Shown piece after piece: positions 13,231 to 27,200 of a stretch of DNA of 64,000 nucleotides (positions are counted from its first letter, which is position 1; each line of letters starts with the position of its first letter). Under the pieces are notes generated by a model, which made no database searches, was not told where the DNA came from, and saw nothing but the letters and a program-made list of their open reading frames with translations. The stretch is from the NCBI RefSeq assembly GCF_004010195.1, contig NC_057749.1, forward strand, positions 9,594,572 through 9,658,571, written 5' to 3'. This DNA is from Chiloscyllium plagiosum. Its lineage: Eukaryota. A program made the position numbers and the translations under genes.

Positions 13231-14009
13231 ATATGGCCCAGAGAGAGTATTAGGACAGGAACCACAAAAGCTTGGTTAACAAGATAGGTTTAAGGAGCAT
13301 CTTAAAGGAAGCGAGACCAGTGAAGAAGTATACAGAAGGGACCGAAGGCTTTAGCAGCTGAAAGACCAGCTCCTAACGGAGGAACAACTTACATCAGAGA
13401 TGCCAGAATTGAAGGACAGCAGATTGCCAGTTTCCCAAAACCTCAGTTATCCATTTTATCTGTCTTGCTGTCTCTTCATTTGGAGAACTAAAAACAAGAT
13501 TAAAACAGGCTATTGTAGGCCAATGAAGTCATGTAACAACCAAAAAGATTTTGGAAGACAGTCATGGTGCAGTGCATCTGTTAATAACTAACAGACTTGG
13601 GGAGAGGTTGGAACAGGATAAAGAGAGGCTTGTGGTTCAGTTATGCAAATGTGTAATTCTATTCTACAAAAACAGTGAGCCAGTTCGAGAGTCGGAGAAT
13701 TGTTTTTCAGTTGCACAAACTTAGCAAATGGTTAAATGTTTGAACAAATACTTCAGTACTCAATAGTACAGTAAGGGTGTTTTCCACAATAAAGTCCAGT
13801 GAAAGTGTCACTCCCAATAAGTGAAAGCTGTTTACATCTTGTTCAGTTGGCTCATTCAAGGTTATGATAATGGAATATAACTTTTATTTGGATGATGAAA
13901 AAACTCTTCGTGCAAATTTTAAAAAAGGTTTTAAGGAGCAACACAAATCCATTTTTGCCGACTCCTCATCAGTTGGCAGAGTAGGCTGGAGCTCATCCAC
14001 TCTGTCAGC

Positions 14010-14542
14010 TTCTTTTTCTTTTTTTCCCTCTGTTTTTCTCTCATGGTTTTTTTTCCTCTTCTTCTTGGTGACGGCCTGAATCGCAAGCCTCAGTGCAGAC
14101 TTCGACTCCTAGCCTTAGCACAGACCCAGTATGGCGGTCTCCCCACGTGGCATGGTGCTCTGCCGGTGGTCCATGGTAGTCCTGCGGCCCAGTGTACACT
14201 TTCCAAGTGCTTCCAGAGTGGTCTCCTAGCATCTGGAGCCTCAAGGTGAAGCACAGCACCGCCTGGAATCAAGGCCCAGTGCAGACTGTTGGGTAGGTGC
14301 TGGCCTGGACTCGGTTGGAAGAACTGTTGTTCTGAATTGAATTTCTCATTTTCTAATTTATTCCTACAATCCCCAGTGTTGCTTGTACAATCCCCAATCC
14401 TTATTTATTTATTTTTATGTTCTTTTTTCCCCTAAGAAGTTGCATTGAAGATCTGTACCTAGGTACCTTACACCTAAGATGTAAGTGAGAACTTGTAAGC
14501 TTTTCACTGCACTCATGTGACAGTGAAGCTCATTCAATTCAA
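14010..14542 (+). mobile_element. Non-autonomous retro-element with a Rex1-like 3' tail
   Basis: cttttcactg..catgtgaca..attcaattca tail, shared with 2335-2370 and (inverted) 23640-23830. Confidence 0.45.
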
Positions 14543-15094
14543 TGGACCCCATTCACTAGGTAAGTGATGGAAGGTGTTGTCAACGTGTTCAATGAGCAGT
14601 ACTCATGAATAATTTGCTCACTGATGTTCTGTTGGATTTCTCCAGGACCAGTCAATTCCAGATTTCATTAATGCTTTCTCCAAAGTCTGTACAGAGCAGG
14701 AGAGTTGAGTTTCAGAAATGAGAAGGAAGCGACGGGATATGGGCCGGGTGCTAGCAGGTGGAACTAGATTGGGTTGGGATATCTGGTTGGCATGGACGAG
14801 TTGGACCGAAGGATCTGTTTCCGTGCTGTACATCTCTATGACTGCCTCTGATGTCAAAGTAGCTTTTGACTGAGTGTGGCATCAAGGAACCCTCGCAGAA
14901 ATGATGTCAGTTTGAATCAGGGTAAAATACTTTGCACTGGCTGAAATCATACTGAGCACCAAGGAACATGGTTGTGATGTTTAGAGACCAACGATCTCAG
15001 TTCCAGAATATTTCACTTAGAAATTACTGTAGCACTGTCCTAGGCCTAGCTATCTCTAACTGTTTCATCAATAACCTTCCCTCTATCAGAAGAT

Positions 15095-15410
15095 CACAGT
15101 CACAGAATCCCTACAGTGTGGGGACAAGTCCATTTAATCCACATCTTTCCCCCCAAAGGCGATCCCACCCATAACCACTCCCCTTACCTATAACCTTGCA
15201 TTTCTCATCACCAATCCATCTAATCTGCTCTCTATGGGCAATTTAGCATGGCCAATCTACCTAACCTGCACATCCTTGATTGTGGGAGGAAACCCATGCA
15301 GATACAGGGAAAATGTGCAAACTCCGCATGGACAACTGCCCAAGAGTGGAATTGAACAGGGATCCCTGGTGCCATGAGGCAGCAGTGCTAACCACTGAGC
15401 CACCGTGCTG
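15095..15410 (-). mobile_element. HE1 SINE
   Basis: Reverse-complement tRNA head, V-domain and tail. Confidence 0.8.
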
Positions 15411-15884
15411 CTGCGCCACCAGGCAGTCTATATCCTCATTAAATTTACAGGCCTCTGATATTACTATTACCCTTGAGTGAAGGCAACCTATTGTCTTTAC
15501 CTGGTCCAGCCTATGTGACTCCAAACCCACATATGGCCACCTCTTCACTCTTTGATGCTCAGCCCAGTGGCAGGCCCTCTGTTTACTGTGCACCGATGTT
15601 TCATGGCCAGTTCTGGGTTCTCAGTTCACTGCCCTCCATTCACCCAACAAGCAACTCACCTGGAGGCGCCTCATCACTATATGCTGCAGGGCAGCTACAA
15701 AGGGGAGCAATAAGGGCTAGCCTCATACCCCAAAAACAAATCTTTAAACATCCATTGGTACAGTGACCTGGAACTAACCAAACACAAAGAGTAATCTTGC
15801 GTTGGTTGCTTGACAACTGGTCTAAGGTGGAAAGTGCCAACAGGCTGAGTAATAAACATCTGCTCCTTATAGGCAGCATGGTTA

Positions 15885-16135
15885 CCTCCCTATAACCCTG
15901 CATTTCCCAGGGCTAATCCACCTAATCTGCACCTTCCTGGACACTATGGGCAATTGAGCATGGCCAATATACCCTAACCTGCACATCTTTACACTGAGAG
16001 AGGAAACTGGAGCAACGCACGCAGACATAGGGCAAATGTGCAAACCCCACACAGACAGTCACCTGAGGATTGAATTGAACCCAGGATCCTAGCATTGTGA
16101 GGCAGTAGTGCTAACCACTGAGCCACTTTGCTACC
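15885..16135 (-). mobile_element. HE1 SINE
   Basis: Reverse-complement head and V-domain. Confidence 0.75.
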
Positions 16136-16650
16136 CTTACTTCTTCTTTAGTCAGTGCTTGGATTAGTCCCAGTTTTCCATCGCTCTGAGAGACTAACCT
16201 GAGAGCTGGTGTTACGATTTTACAAGCTGTTCAAATCCTGGCTGCACTCCAGAGAAACTATATCATCTGCAAGTATTTATACTAACTATTAAACTGTTTA
16301 AACAGTTCTTTCTCAAAGGTCTGCCCTCCTGAGGGGAGACAGTTCAAGTTTACAGTTATTGCAAGGACGAATTGAATGCTTCCTGCTCCATATACTTTTT
16401 ATGGTCTGCTCTTGTGTTGCCTAATCATTCAGGTCTTTTCTTTTCAATTATGTTCTTCCACATCCTCAAAACTATTTCAAAGGAAAATAACGAGTCCACT
16501 GAAGCTCAGTCAGTGCAGCATTTCCCTACTTCAGAGTCTGTCCCCAGAGATTTCAGGACATACTATTCAAGGTTGATGCTTCATTGCAGGACTGAGGGAA
16601 TGCTGCACTGTCAGATGCACTTAAACCAAGCACCCATTGGTCATCTCAAG

Positions 16651-17405
16651 TAGAGTCATAGGGCTGTACAGCACAGTAACAGACCTTTCAGTCCAACTCA
16701 TCCATGCTGACCAGATATTCTAAATTAATCTAGTCCCATTTGCCAGCATTTGGCCCATATCCCTCTAAACCCTTTCTATTCATATACCCATCCAGATGCC
16801 TTCTAAGTGTTGTACCAGCCTCCACCACTTCCTCTGGCAGCTGATTCCATACATGCACCACCCTCTATGTGAAAAAATTGCTCCTTCAGTCCCTTTTAAA
16901 TTTTTCCCCTCTCACCTTAAACCTTTTGGATTCCCCTGTGCTGAGAAAAGAGCTTGGCTATTCACCCTTTTCATGGCCCTCATGATTTTATTAACTTCTA
17001 TAAGGTCATCCCTCAGCCTCTAATGCTCCAGGGAAACAATTTCAACCTGCACCCCACATCTCTTTGTTCAGCAACACTCCACAGGACCTTACTATTAAGT
17101 GATTTGCCTTCACAAAATGCAGCACTTCACATGTATTGAAATTAAACTCCATTTGTCACTTCTTGGCCTATAGGCCCATCTGATCAAAGTCCTGTTGTAC
17201 TCTGAGGTAACCTTTTTCTCTGTCCTCAACACCAATTTTGGTGTCATCTGCAAATGTACCACCTTACCTCCTATGTTCACATCCACATCATTTATATAAA
17301 TTACAGAAGCAGTGGACCAGCACTGTTTGTTGAAGTATACTGCTGTCACAGTCCTCTGGTCTGACAAGCAACCTTCCACCACCTCACTCTGTCTCCTACC
17401 TTCAA
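16651..17405 (-). mobile_element. CR1/HER1 LINE 3' fragment with deletions
   Basis: IYINDVD, FADDTK-like motif, HER1 tail. Confidence 0.8.
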
Positions 17406-17549
17406 ACCTCCCATGGCCAATATTTTGAAGAGCAAGGAGGGTTCTGTTGAGAGTTCCAGTCCATAATTTCCCCTTGATCAACATCATTAAAGCAAGTTGT
17501 CTGGTAGTCATTCTTCTCCCATGTGGTTTGATATCACACTATGGGCTGA

Positions 17550-17820
17550 ATCATAGAATCACAGAATCCCTACAGTGTGGAAACAGGCCCTTCGGCCCTA
17601 CAAATCCACACCGACCCTCCGAAGAGTAACCCATCCACACCCATTCCCCAACCTATTATCCTATACTTACCTGTGACTAATACATCTAACTTGCACATCC
17701 CTGAACACTCTGGGCAATTTAGCACAGCCAAATCACTTAATCTGCACATCTTTGGATTGCGGGAGGAAACCAAACCACTTGGAGGAGACCCACGCAGACA
17801 CGGGAGAATATGCAAACTCC
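17550..17820 (-). mobile_element. HE1 SINE, 5' truncated
   Basis: V-domain plus tail. Confidence 0.8.
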
Positions 17821-18021
17821 TGAATCTTACATTTTGGCTATGTGTCAGTTTTGTCAAGTCATTTGGAGGGTTCTCCACCATGGGGTCTAGCACGGTCTCT
17901 TGCCACATCATACCAAACTAACTTTGTTCACTACCTACTTTACCCCACAGCAACTTTCTTGCCCAGGTGTCAACCCATCTGACCATGTAACATTCCCACC
18001 AAAGTCACCACTCACCAGGTA

Positions 18022-18315
18022 TGGATGGCACGGTGGCTCAGTGGTTAGCACGGCTGCCTCACAACACCATGGACCCAGGTTTGATTCTATCCTCAGGCAT
18101 CTGACTGTGCAGTTTGCACATTCTCTCTGTGTCTGTGTGGATTTCCTCTGGGTATGCTGCTTTCGTCCCACAGTGCAAAGATGTCTATGTTAGATGGATT
18201 GGCTAAATTGCCCGTAGAGTCCAGGGATGCGCAGGCGAGTTGGATTAGCAGGGTCAGTGCAGACTCGATGAGTTGAATGGCCTTTGTCGGCACAACAAGA
18301 AACTCCATGATTCTA
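18022..18315 (+). mobile_element. HE1 SINE
   Basis: A box tggctcagtgg, B-box-like ggtttgattct, V-domain. Confidence 0.8.
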
Positions 18316-19444
18316 TATCCACTGAAAGATCAGAATTCCTGGCACCCAGGCATCTTTAAGATGTGACTCTGCACCCAGACAAGTGTTTGTAATCCAGCAT
18401 TGCTCCTTACTGCACAGCGGCCCCCAAAGCCACATTTCTCATGCACATAGCTGGCATGGCAATGAGCGATGCTCCCTCACACACACAAAACCCCATTCTC
18501 TCACCCTAGTCACTGTTTAAGCACCGAACCCCACAGTTTACCTCTCTATAGCTACACCCATTCTTGGTCATCACCACTCTATCTCCAACATTCACTCCGA
18601 AACATCTTTTCATTGACCACAAACAGAAGCTGCAGTTTGCCCTGCGATGGAAATCAAATACTGCTTTCATGACTAACTGTACACCCAGCTGGTTTCTACT
18701 GGAACCCAGTGTCCATCTGGTCCTGTCTGAATTGTGATGCCCAATGCAGCTGAGCTCTATCATGTACAAGGATAGATTCCTCCTCACCAATGTCTTCCAA
18801 CTCCACCTCCTCGGAAGACTTCTGTTCTCTCAGTTCCTCAGCATTGAGCAATCAATTGTGCGGATCATGATACACCAGGATGATGTGGCACTCTCTGATT
18901 GGACTCTACTAGAGGCGCCCCCCCCCCCCCCTCCCCCCAAGACCAGTCCAAGCAGTGGAACTGCATCTTCAACAGCTCCACTGTCTGCTCCACCAAAGCC
19001 AACCTTTTGAACTTCATCATTCGGCTCTTGCCATGTTGGCTCATTCCAGATCAAGAGAGATTTCTTGGGAGAAATGAGTCAACCCAGACTGTGTGAGCAG
19101 CACAGTGACTCAATCGTTGGCAGACAGCACCAGACCGTGCCCTTTGTCACAAAACAATACACATCACAAGGAAAGCTAAAAGTGAACATCTTGTGGCTTA
19201 AGGAAATAATTTGGAGAACTGTTTATATATTCCATGCACCCCATAAACAGCCACAAGATTTTTGACAGGATTTTCCAACTTTTCTCTACCAGTGAGGTCC
19301 CCTCACTTGACAGAATTCCAAATCCACACTACCAGGAAGAAAGACTCTTCAACAGGAGCATGGAATTGCAATGTCATCTGAACACCTCTGTCCCTGACAT
19401 CTCCTGTCCCCAAATTCCAAGACTTCCTTACTTTTACATTCTGC

Positions 19445-19820
19445 TACCTTTAGCGTAAAGGCCAACATTCTATTTACCTAACCTATTACCCAATGAACTC
19501 AGATGCTGACTTTTATGATTGAAACTTGAGGTCCCTCTGTGCTGTAGCTTTCTGCAATCATTTTCCATTTAAATAATATTCAGCTTTGATATTCCTCCTG
19601 CCAAAATGCACAATCTCACAGTTTCCCACATTACATTCCATCTGCCATGTTTTATCCTCCAGTTTAACTTGTCTAGATTTGCTTGCAGACTCTTTGTGGG
19701 ATAAAATTGTCCGAGAGGTAAAATTGTCATCCACACCACTTGCCATCCACCTATCTTTGTATTATCTGCAAATGTGATAATTCAATTCCCTCATCTAAGT
19801 CATTAATATACATTCTAAAT
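19445..19820 (-). mobile_element. CR1 RT fragment
   Basis: WQMECNVGNCEIVHFGRRN. Confidence 0.75.
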
Positions 19821-20658
19821 AATTTCCACAATAGGAACAAATACAGTCATTCAAGACCATCGCAGCTATTTTATTGTAAAACTGTCTTCAATGATAGGTG
19901 GATTAATCGTGGGAGATACGGGGTTACAGGGATAGGGTAAGGGGGTAGGTCTGGGTGGACCTGATGGGCCGAATGGCCTGCTTCCACATTGTAGGGATCC
20001 ATGATTTTAAGCCTAACACTAATACTTTTGTCAATTAGACTGCTCTTTAAAAATCCTCAGCAATCCAGCACAGACCATCATAAAACACTGGTAAAATGTT
20101 CTCTTTAGTCAGCCAATTCCCAGACTTAAGGCAGCACTCCAGTGCCTATCGCTGCACCCGTTCATCAGCAATAGCCCTGTTTTCAGAACCTAATGTATCC
20201 AACGTTACATTGCCCCCAGCCACCCCCAAAACAAGCCTAACCCCAGTCCAGTCTTGGAATTGCCGGTTGATGTATGCTTCCATGGCAACCTGAGAGATAA
20301 AATTGCATTAACGTACTGCCTTTCACAACTACTGGACTTCCCAAACTATTTCACAACCACTTGGAGTACTTCTGATATATTATCTCTTGTAATTTACACA
20401 CAAAAGGTGGTCAAAATATGGACTTAAGGACATAGGAGTTAGAACCAAGGAATTAGGCCATTCGGCCCTGCAAGCCCACCTCCTATCTATTTGGATTATA
20501 GCTGATCCAGTAGGGATTTCAGCTTCACTCCACTCACTCCCACCTGGTTCTGAGTTGAAAAATTTATTTATAAAAACCTTCACAGCCAAGTGTGGTTACA
20601 GAATACAAAATCAAAACCAGTAGATGGGGCTTGGATATGGCCTAACTGATTGGTAGAA

Positions 20659-20686
20659 CGAATGAATGAACGAATGAATGAATGAA
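20659..20686 (+). repeat. (GAAT)n microsatellite
   Basis: Direct reading. Confidence 0.85.
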
Positions 20687-23003
20687 CTTCCTGAGAAAAT
20701 GATGGATATAGCTACAGTGACAATGTTTAAAAGACATTTAGATAAGTACATGAATCAGAAATGTTTGGTGAGATACGGGTCAAGTGCAGGCAGGTGGGAC
20801 TAGTTTAGTTTGGAATTATGGTTGGCATAGACTGGTTGGACGGAAAAGTCTGTTTCCATGCTGTATTAATCTATGAGTTCAAGGGGCTGAATGACTGGTA
20901 AAGTTGCTAAATATGTGAATGTGGGTCTTGTTGAGTTCACTTTCTGGAGACAGCTCTGATGCTCAGGACTATGAGTCGAACAAAATGGCAGATTCTGAAT
21001 CCCCCCAGCTGGAACATGGACTAGCATTTGGCACCAATCTAGACCATATACTGATCATGCAGTTATGAACTAACCAGTTTGCAACAGCACTTCTACATGC
21101 ATCTTGTAGTATGGAGCTATGGACAGTGATGGTAGAGAATCTAACTCTCTTTCCAACACATGGCTAACCAGGAATCTCTCCTGCTGGTTGGAAAGATTTG
21201 CAGGTTGGCATTCAACCTGTTTGACTGAAGTATGAATGCATCATCTCTTAAATCCTGCCGTGGGACTCGAATGTAAGAAATTTGTCACTACAAATTGAAG
21301 CGGAAACCTTCTTATGATTAAGGATATCACGATTAATTCATAAGGAATCTGATCTGAGGTAATGAAAAGGATTTGGCTTGACCAACTATCTGATATTTTG
21401 CAATTTCCAAAGCAGTCAGCATTTTTTGGTCTCTGACAGGAAGTTTAATGAATTAATCCATGGCACACAAACTCGTCTACCACAAAATAACAGGAAGTAA
21501 TTCTGCTTTCTGGAACAAATCCAATTGATTAATGAACAAATCATTCTTACAGTGCTACCGCTGTACAGTCATTTTATCAATGTTGGGGTGACACCAAAAT
21601 TAATGAAGGAAAGTGAAATCCTAGAATCTTGATTTGATGCAGTTGACCAGGTCACCTTTAATTGAATACACCAGAAGCGTTCAGAGTCACAACTGGATAA
21701 ATAAATGGTAGGAATCCAAAATACAATACTCCACCTTGTTGACCTTTTAGAACTTCAACTTTTCTTTTGTTATTTGTTTATGGGATGTGGGCGTCTTTGG
21801 CTAGGCCAGCACTTAGAATGAAGAAGAGTCAAAACATTAATTGCTTCGCTGTTAACTCTGCTTCTGTCATTCTACAGATGCTGCCAGACCAGTGGAGTTT
21901 CTCTCGCACTCTTTGTCTTACTTTACAATCAAGCCATTGGTGACAGAGAAACCTCACCGCTTCAATACAAGATTTAATTCAAAAAGCCAACATCCATGGC
22001 CAAATCTGGTAAATCTCTTCATTAAAGAATGTAAGAGATCATCGCACATTTGAATGTTTGAGGATCCCGTGGATCAAATTCAATTCTGAACACTTACGTA
22101 TTATTATGGAGAGATCCATTTTCTCTCTCTATTTTCAATTGAGAGGTGGATGTAATTGGCACAGCCTCATTTATTACCCATCATGAGCTGAAGGTTTTGT
22201 GTTTTCTGCTTTCTGGTGATGGAGCCATCACTAGGGTTTTTCATGGCACTGAACAGTATTTTGGAGGAGAGCCTCAATATTTTGAGTTTGTCCACAGTGT
22301 AAATGATTTCATCACCTTCTCTGGCAGCTGTCTTGACTGAAAAGTTGGATACAGGATCATTGTGAAGATCCCCAGCAATGGCGGATCATTGGTGCTTAGG
22401 CAGTTGGCAGAGGGAGGCTTGTGGAACCATGACACTGCTGGCCTTCCTTGAGGTACAATGAATGTTGTGCATTTGGCATGGTATTTACAGATTGTATAGT
22501 ACTGAAACAGGACATTCAGTCCAAAATAGTCTTAATGCTTCACATAAGCCTCCATTTACTTCTCTTCATCCAAGCCCATTACCATAAATTTCAATACCTT
22601 TCACGTGTTCATCTAACTTACCCCTTAATAAACCCTGTGTTATTCTCCTCAGCTACTCCTTGTAGGAGCAATGGCTAGATTTTCACTGGGGATGCCAAGG
22701 AATTGATGCAGCAGCAATGGAGGAGCATGGGGTTTGTGGAGAACTGCAGTGGGGTGAGGGTGTTGTAAATTCAAGTGTTTAACAAATACTGCTATTCTCC
22801 TCAGAGGCTGAGGCCGCAGGGCTAGGAAGTGTTGTTAAAGTGAGCTTGGCACAAGCTTGGCCTTACTTTTGTTTCATTAAGTAATATACTCCTCACGCAT
22901 TCAAATACCTCTAATATCTTCCAGCTGTTTATTGGCCCCCATTCACTGCAGTCAGATGGACTGGCAATCAGAATGCTAATGTAGTTGACATGGAATTACA
23001 CTG

Positions 23004-23344
23004 AGGTAAAAACAATGACTGCAGATGCTGGAAACCAGATTCTGGATCAGTGGTGCTGGAAGAGCACAGCAATTCAGGCAGCATCCGACGAGCAGCAAAA
23101 GCGACGTTTCGGGCAAAAGCCCTTCATCAGGAATAAAGGCAGAGAGCCTGAAGCGTGGAGAGATAAGCTAGAGGAGGGTGGGGTGGGGAGAAAGTAGCAT
23201 AGAGTACAATAGGTGAGTGGGGTGGGGATGAAGGTGATAGGTCAGGCTGCTTCAGGGAGGAAATGACCTGGGAGTTGCAGTGGGAGAGGGACTCCCTGAG
23301 ATTCTTGTAGAGAGAGGAGGAAAACTTCTTCAAGGCAGGCATCC
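23004..23344 (-). mobile_element. Internally deleted Penelope-like element
   Basis: pLTR end plus an ORF piece, flanked by tacactg (22997-23003 and 23345-23351). Confidence 0.8.
23103..23130 (-). ncRNA. Minimal hammerhead ribozyme core, intact consensus
   Basis: CUGAUGA-A-GGGC(UUUU)GCCC-GAAAC-GUC with palindromic ACGU stem III. Confidence 0.75.
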
Positions 23345-24049
23345 TACACTGGTTTAATGTCTTCCAAAGTTGAGAACCTCTCCCATTTGCCTCTTTCTAA
23401 TCACTTGCCTCTTCACTCACTGGGAATCTGCTTCCCTTGGAGCGAGAAGGCTCTGGGTTAAAGGCAGAGTCTAAATCTAGGGTTGGTCCTCCCAGCACAA
23501 CACCATCACAGAGTGCCACTTTGTCTGAGGTACAAGCTTTCAGATCTGAGGCCCTGTCTCCCCCTCTCAGGTAGGCAGAAAATATCTCCTATCATCATGT
23601 CGGAATTCAGGTATATGCTCTCCTTGATTTTTTTTAATTGATTCGCATTAGCTTTATTGTCTTATGTACTCAAATGAGTACAGTGAAAAGTTGAAAGTCG
23701 CTTACAGCACCATCTTAGATACAATGGTACCTGGGTGTAGCTTCTGCAGTTACGGATTAGTTAGTGTAACAATATCGCCAACACATGGCACCAACTTAGG
23801 TACACAATACCTAGGCACAATATTTAATTACAGAATAGAGAATTGAAGAAAAAAAGTTACACACAGTAAAACCATAGATCAGAAAAACAAGATGCAAAGT
23901 TAAAAAAACAAACATCTTATAAGATTGAGTGGATGGAGAACTGTGAATATTTATCTGACAATACAGACTGATTACAGTTCTGCATCAACACTGGAAACCC
24001 TGAAGTTTGTTCAACATTTACCCCCTAGATATCTGACATGGTTAACATG

Positions 24050-24243
24050 ATGTGGAGGTACTGGTGATGGACTGGGATAGACAAGGTCAGAAGTCACACA
24101 ACACCTGGTTATAGTCCAACAGGTTTATTTGAAATCTCGAGCTTTTGGAGCATTGTTCCTACACCAGGTAAAGTGACTGATGAAAGAGCAGCGTTCTGAA
24201 AGCTTGTGATTTCAAATAAACCTGTTGGACTATAACCAGGTGT
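24050..24243. mobile_element. Fold-back Penelope end element with hammerhead core at 24177-24205 (+)
   Basis: Arms cctggttatagtccaacaggtttatttgaaat / atttcaaataaacctgttggactataaccagg. TSD catgg(t/g)taacatg. Confidence 0.85.
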
Positions 24244-24394
24244 CATGGGTAACATGGAAACAGAGAAAATTGGGGCAGCAGTGAGTTATTCAGCCTACTG
24301 AGTCCATTCTGTTATTTATTATGATCGTGATGGATCGTTTATCTCAATGCCATGCTCCCACACTCTCCCTAAACCCCTTAAGCATGCAGCTCGC

Positions 24395-24715
24395 TCACTG
24401 ATACAAACATACTATGACAATTGAACAAATAAATCTGAGGAGTGAAATGGAGCATCACTTCCTGCTGTAACACAGATGCTGACTCCAATGGTTCAGGTAT
24501 CTTAGAAGGTTTTGTTTTGGGATTCCTGTTCTTTGTTCAGCCTGGGTTCTGTGAACACTGGGACCTCTTATCCTACTATGAAATAAACATCAAATTGTGC
24601 TGAAATGCTGGAATGCTTTAATTGGCAATGCTCATTGTACCTTGGGCGATGTTATCAGCAGGTTGCCAATTGGAAATGCATGGTAAAGAACCAAAGACAA
24701 GAAAGTGCCTTATAT
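24395..24715 (-). pseudogene. Terminal exon remnant: HNLMFI..DKRSQCS ... CSISLLRFICSIVIVCLYQ*
   Basis: NLMFI..DKRSQC resembles the alpha2delta delta-chain TNLIFIMVESKGTC. Short hydrophobic tail, then stop. Multiple lesions. Confidence 0.5.
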
Positions 24716-24759
24716 TTGGCAGTGCAGGATCCTGGACCACAGACAGTGCAATATAGGAT

Positions 24760-26710
24760 TATGTAGAATATGCAAACAGGTCAGGCTGCTTTATGAAGAA
24801 AGCTTAAATATGCTGGGTCTTTACTCATTTGGAATTAAGAGTGAGGAGACTTTATTGAATCATAAATGTAGGCTGAGGAGGTTTGGTAGGACAGGCACTC
24901 GGTGAGGACATGTCCCTTTGTGAGAGATTTGAGAACTAGGACAGGACAGCTTAAACATGAGGCATCTCCCATTTAAACCAGAGATGAAGAGAAATTTCTT
25001 GTTTTGCAGGGTCGTTAATCTTTGGAATTCTCTTCCCCAGAAAGGATCATTGAATATGTTCAAGACTGAGCTCAACAGATCTTTAATAGAAGTTCTGAAG
25101 AATAATAATTTTGGACTCAAACCATTAACTTGGTTTTTCTCTCTCTACGAATGCAAGTTGACCTGCTGGGTATCTCCAACATTTTGCTTCCTGAAAATAT
25201 AGGCAATCCTCTGATTCACAAGAGTATCCAAGGGTTAGGGGGCACAGGTAGGAAAATATAGGAGATTAGTGAAAAGATATTATAATGCATGGAATTAGGG
25301 GGTGAGGGAAAATATATCAGTTATAGATTGAGAATTGGTTAATAGACAGAGAGTACAAATAAATAGACCATTCTCAGGATGACAGTCTACACCAGTCAAT
25401 GTTCACAATTTATAAAATTAATTTGGTGGTGGTGACCAATTGTAATATTTCCAAATTTGCTGGGAACAGAACCGGAGGCTGCAAGAAGACTGGCAGGCTC
25501 AGTGAATGGCTGGAACATGACAAACACAATCTAAATTTGAATAAATGTGAAGCTGTTGTTAGAAAAAGCAAAATCTCTCTCAAATATTGAGAGGTTGAGA
25601 AGTGTGGGTGTCCAAAGTGAACTGGGTGTCCTTGTTCATGAGTGACTGAAAGTGACTGAAAGTGAGTGAAGCAAGAAATTAAAGAAGGAGATGATTCTGA
25701 GGAAGGGTCACTCCATCAGAAATGCAAACTCTGATTTCTCCCCACAGGTTGGCACTGCATCTCAGTGGTTAGCATTGCTGAACCCACAGTGCCAGGGACC
25801 CAGTTTTGATTCCAGCCTCCGGCGACTGTCTGTGTGGAGTTTGCACATTCTCCCCGTGTCTGCGTGGGTTTCCTCCGGGTGCTCCAGTTTCCTCCCACAG
25901 TCCAAAGATGTGTAGGTTAGGGTGAATTGGCCATGCTAAATTGCCCGTAGTGTCCAGGGATGTGTAGGTCAGGTGCATTAGTCAGGGGTAAATGTAGGGA
26001 AATGGGTTTGGGCGGGATACTCTTTGGAGGGTTGGTGTGGAGTTGTTGGGCTGAAGGGCCTGTTTCCACACTCTAGGGATTCTAAGATACTTCCAGACCT
26101 GCTGAGCTTTTCCAGCAGTTTCTATGTATGTCTCAGATTTACAGCATCCGCAGTCGTTTTTATTTGGTACGATGATGTTGATTTCAAGGGGATTTGAGTA
26201 GAGGGGTAAAAGTTTCTTGCTGCAAGTGCACAGAGCCTTGCTGAGACCTTGCCTGAAATATCATGGACTGTTTTGGTCTCCTTATCTAATTGGCATAGAG
26301 GGAGTTCAGCAGAGATTCTCTATATTAATCCCTGGGGTGGCAGAAATGTTTTAGGAGAGATTGAGAAAATGGGCTCGGTATTCTCCCATGAAACTTATAA
26401 CGTTCTCACGGGTGTCACAGGGACAAGCTAGATAGGCTGTTTTTCACTGGCTGGCAAATTTACAATTTGGGGCAATCTTAAGAGAAGGGGTAAGTCATCT
26501 CAAACTAAAATGAGGAAGAATTTATTCACTCAGAGGGTGATGAATCCTTGGAATTATCTACCACAAAGGACAGTGGAAAGTCAATCATTGAGGGTCTGAT
26601 AGGTTTCTGGAGACTAAGGACTTTCAGTGATGTGGAGATTGTGTGGAAAAATGCCATTAAGGAGGTGATCAGCAACGATCCCAAATGGGCCTAATAGCAT
26701 CTTCTTGTGT
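24760..26710 (+). mobile_element. Cluster of old CR1 fragments with a nested Penelope end (25692-26160) and HE1 SINE (25748-26085)
   Basis: RVVNLWNSLP twice, ISKFA, SINE head and V-domain. Confidence 0.75.
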
Positions 26711-26905
26711 CCCTTCCCTTTCACTGTCAGGGAGTCACATAGGAGTCATTTGCACACTCAAACCTGGACAAACCAGCAACTTCTGTGATCACTGACTTCT
26801 CACAAATTAGCAAATGTCTTTAAATCAATTGCAGCATGAGCCACAGTGAAATTTAAACTCATGACCCCTCGGAACTCTTAAATGTTCAAAGCTGAGTGTG
26901 CGTAA

Positions 26906-27200
26906 CCTCTGCTTGATACTGTTCCTGTTGCATTTTGAAGGCAATATGTTTGATTGCCTGAATAGGACTGAATATTAAGGCAGGCAGAGAGATGGGAAAA
27001 TGTGCCCTTATTAGAAAGCAGAACACAGAAATCCGATGAGACACCAGATTTCAAAACAGATGTACTTAAAAATAACATTTTTGTGTAACATATTTAAGCA
27101 AATATGCAATGAGTCAACAGAACAATGGTCATGGAAAAGCAGTTTTCTTGCAGTTTACACTCTATTTAAAGCCTCATCTGTACACAAGTCTTGCTGTAGA
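26906..27200 (-). pseudogene. Exon 17 remnant: SGVSSDFCVLLSNKGTFSH
   Basis: CVLLSNKG resembles alpha2delta CVILDDGG / CFVIDNNG at the expected position. Confidence 0.55.

Noticed and set aside
13880..14075. Minus-strand open frame AVTKKKRKK...ADRVDELQPTLPTDEESAKMDLCCSLKPF...* as a possible last exon
   Set aside because: It starts in a low-complexity tract continuous with the repeat at 14010-14542, has no good acceptor, shows no family motif and lies beyond the predicted gene end
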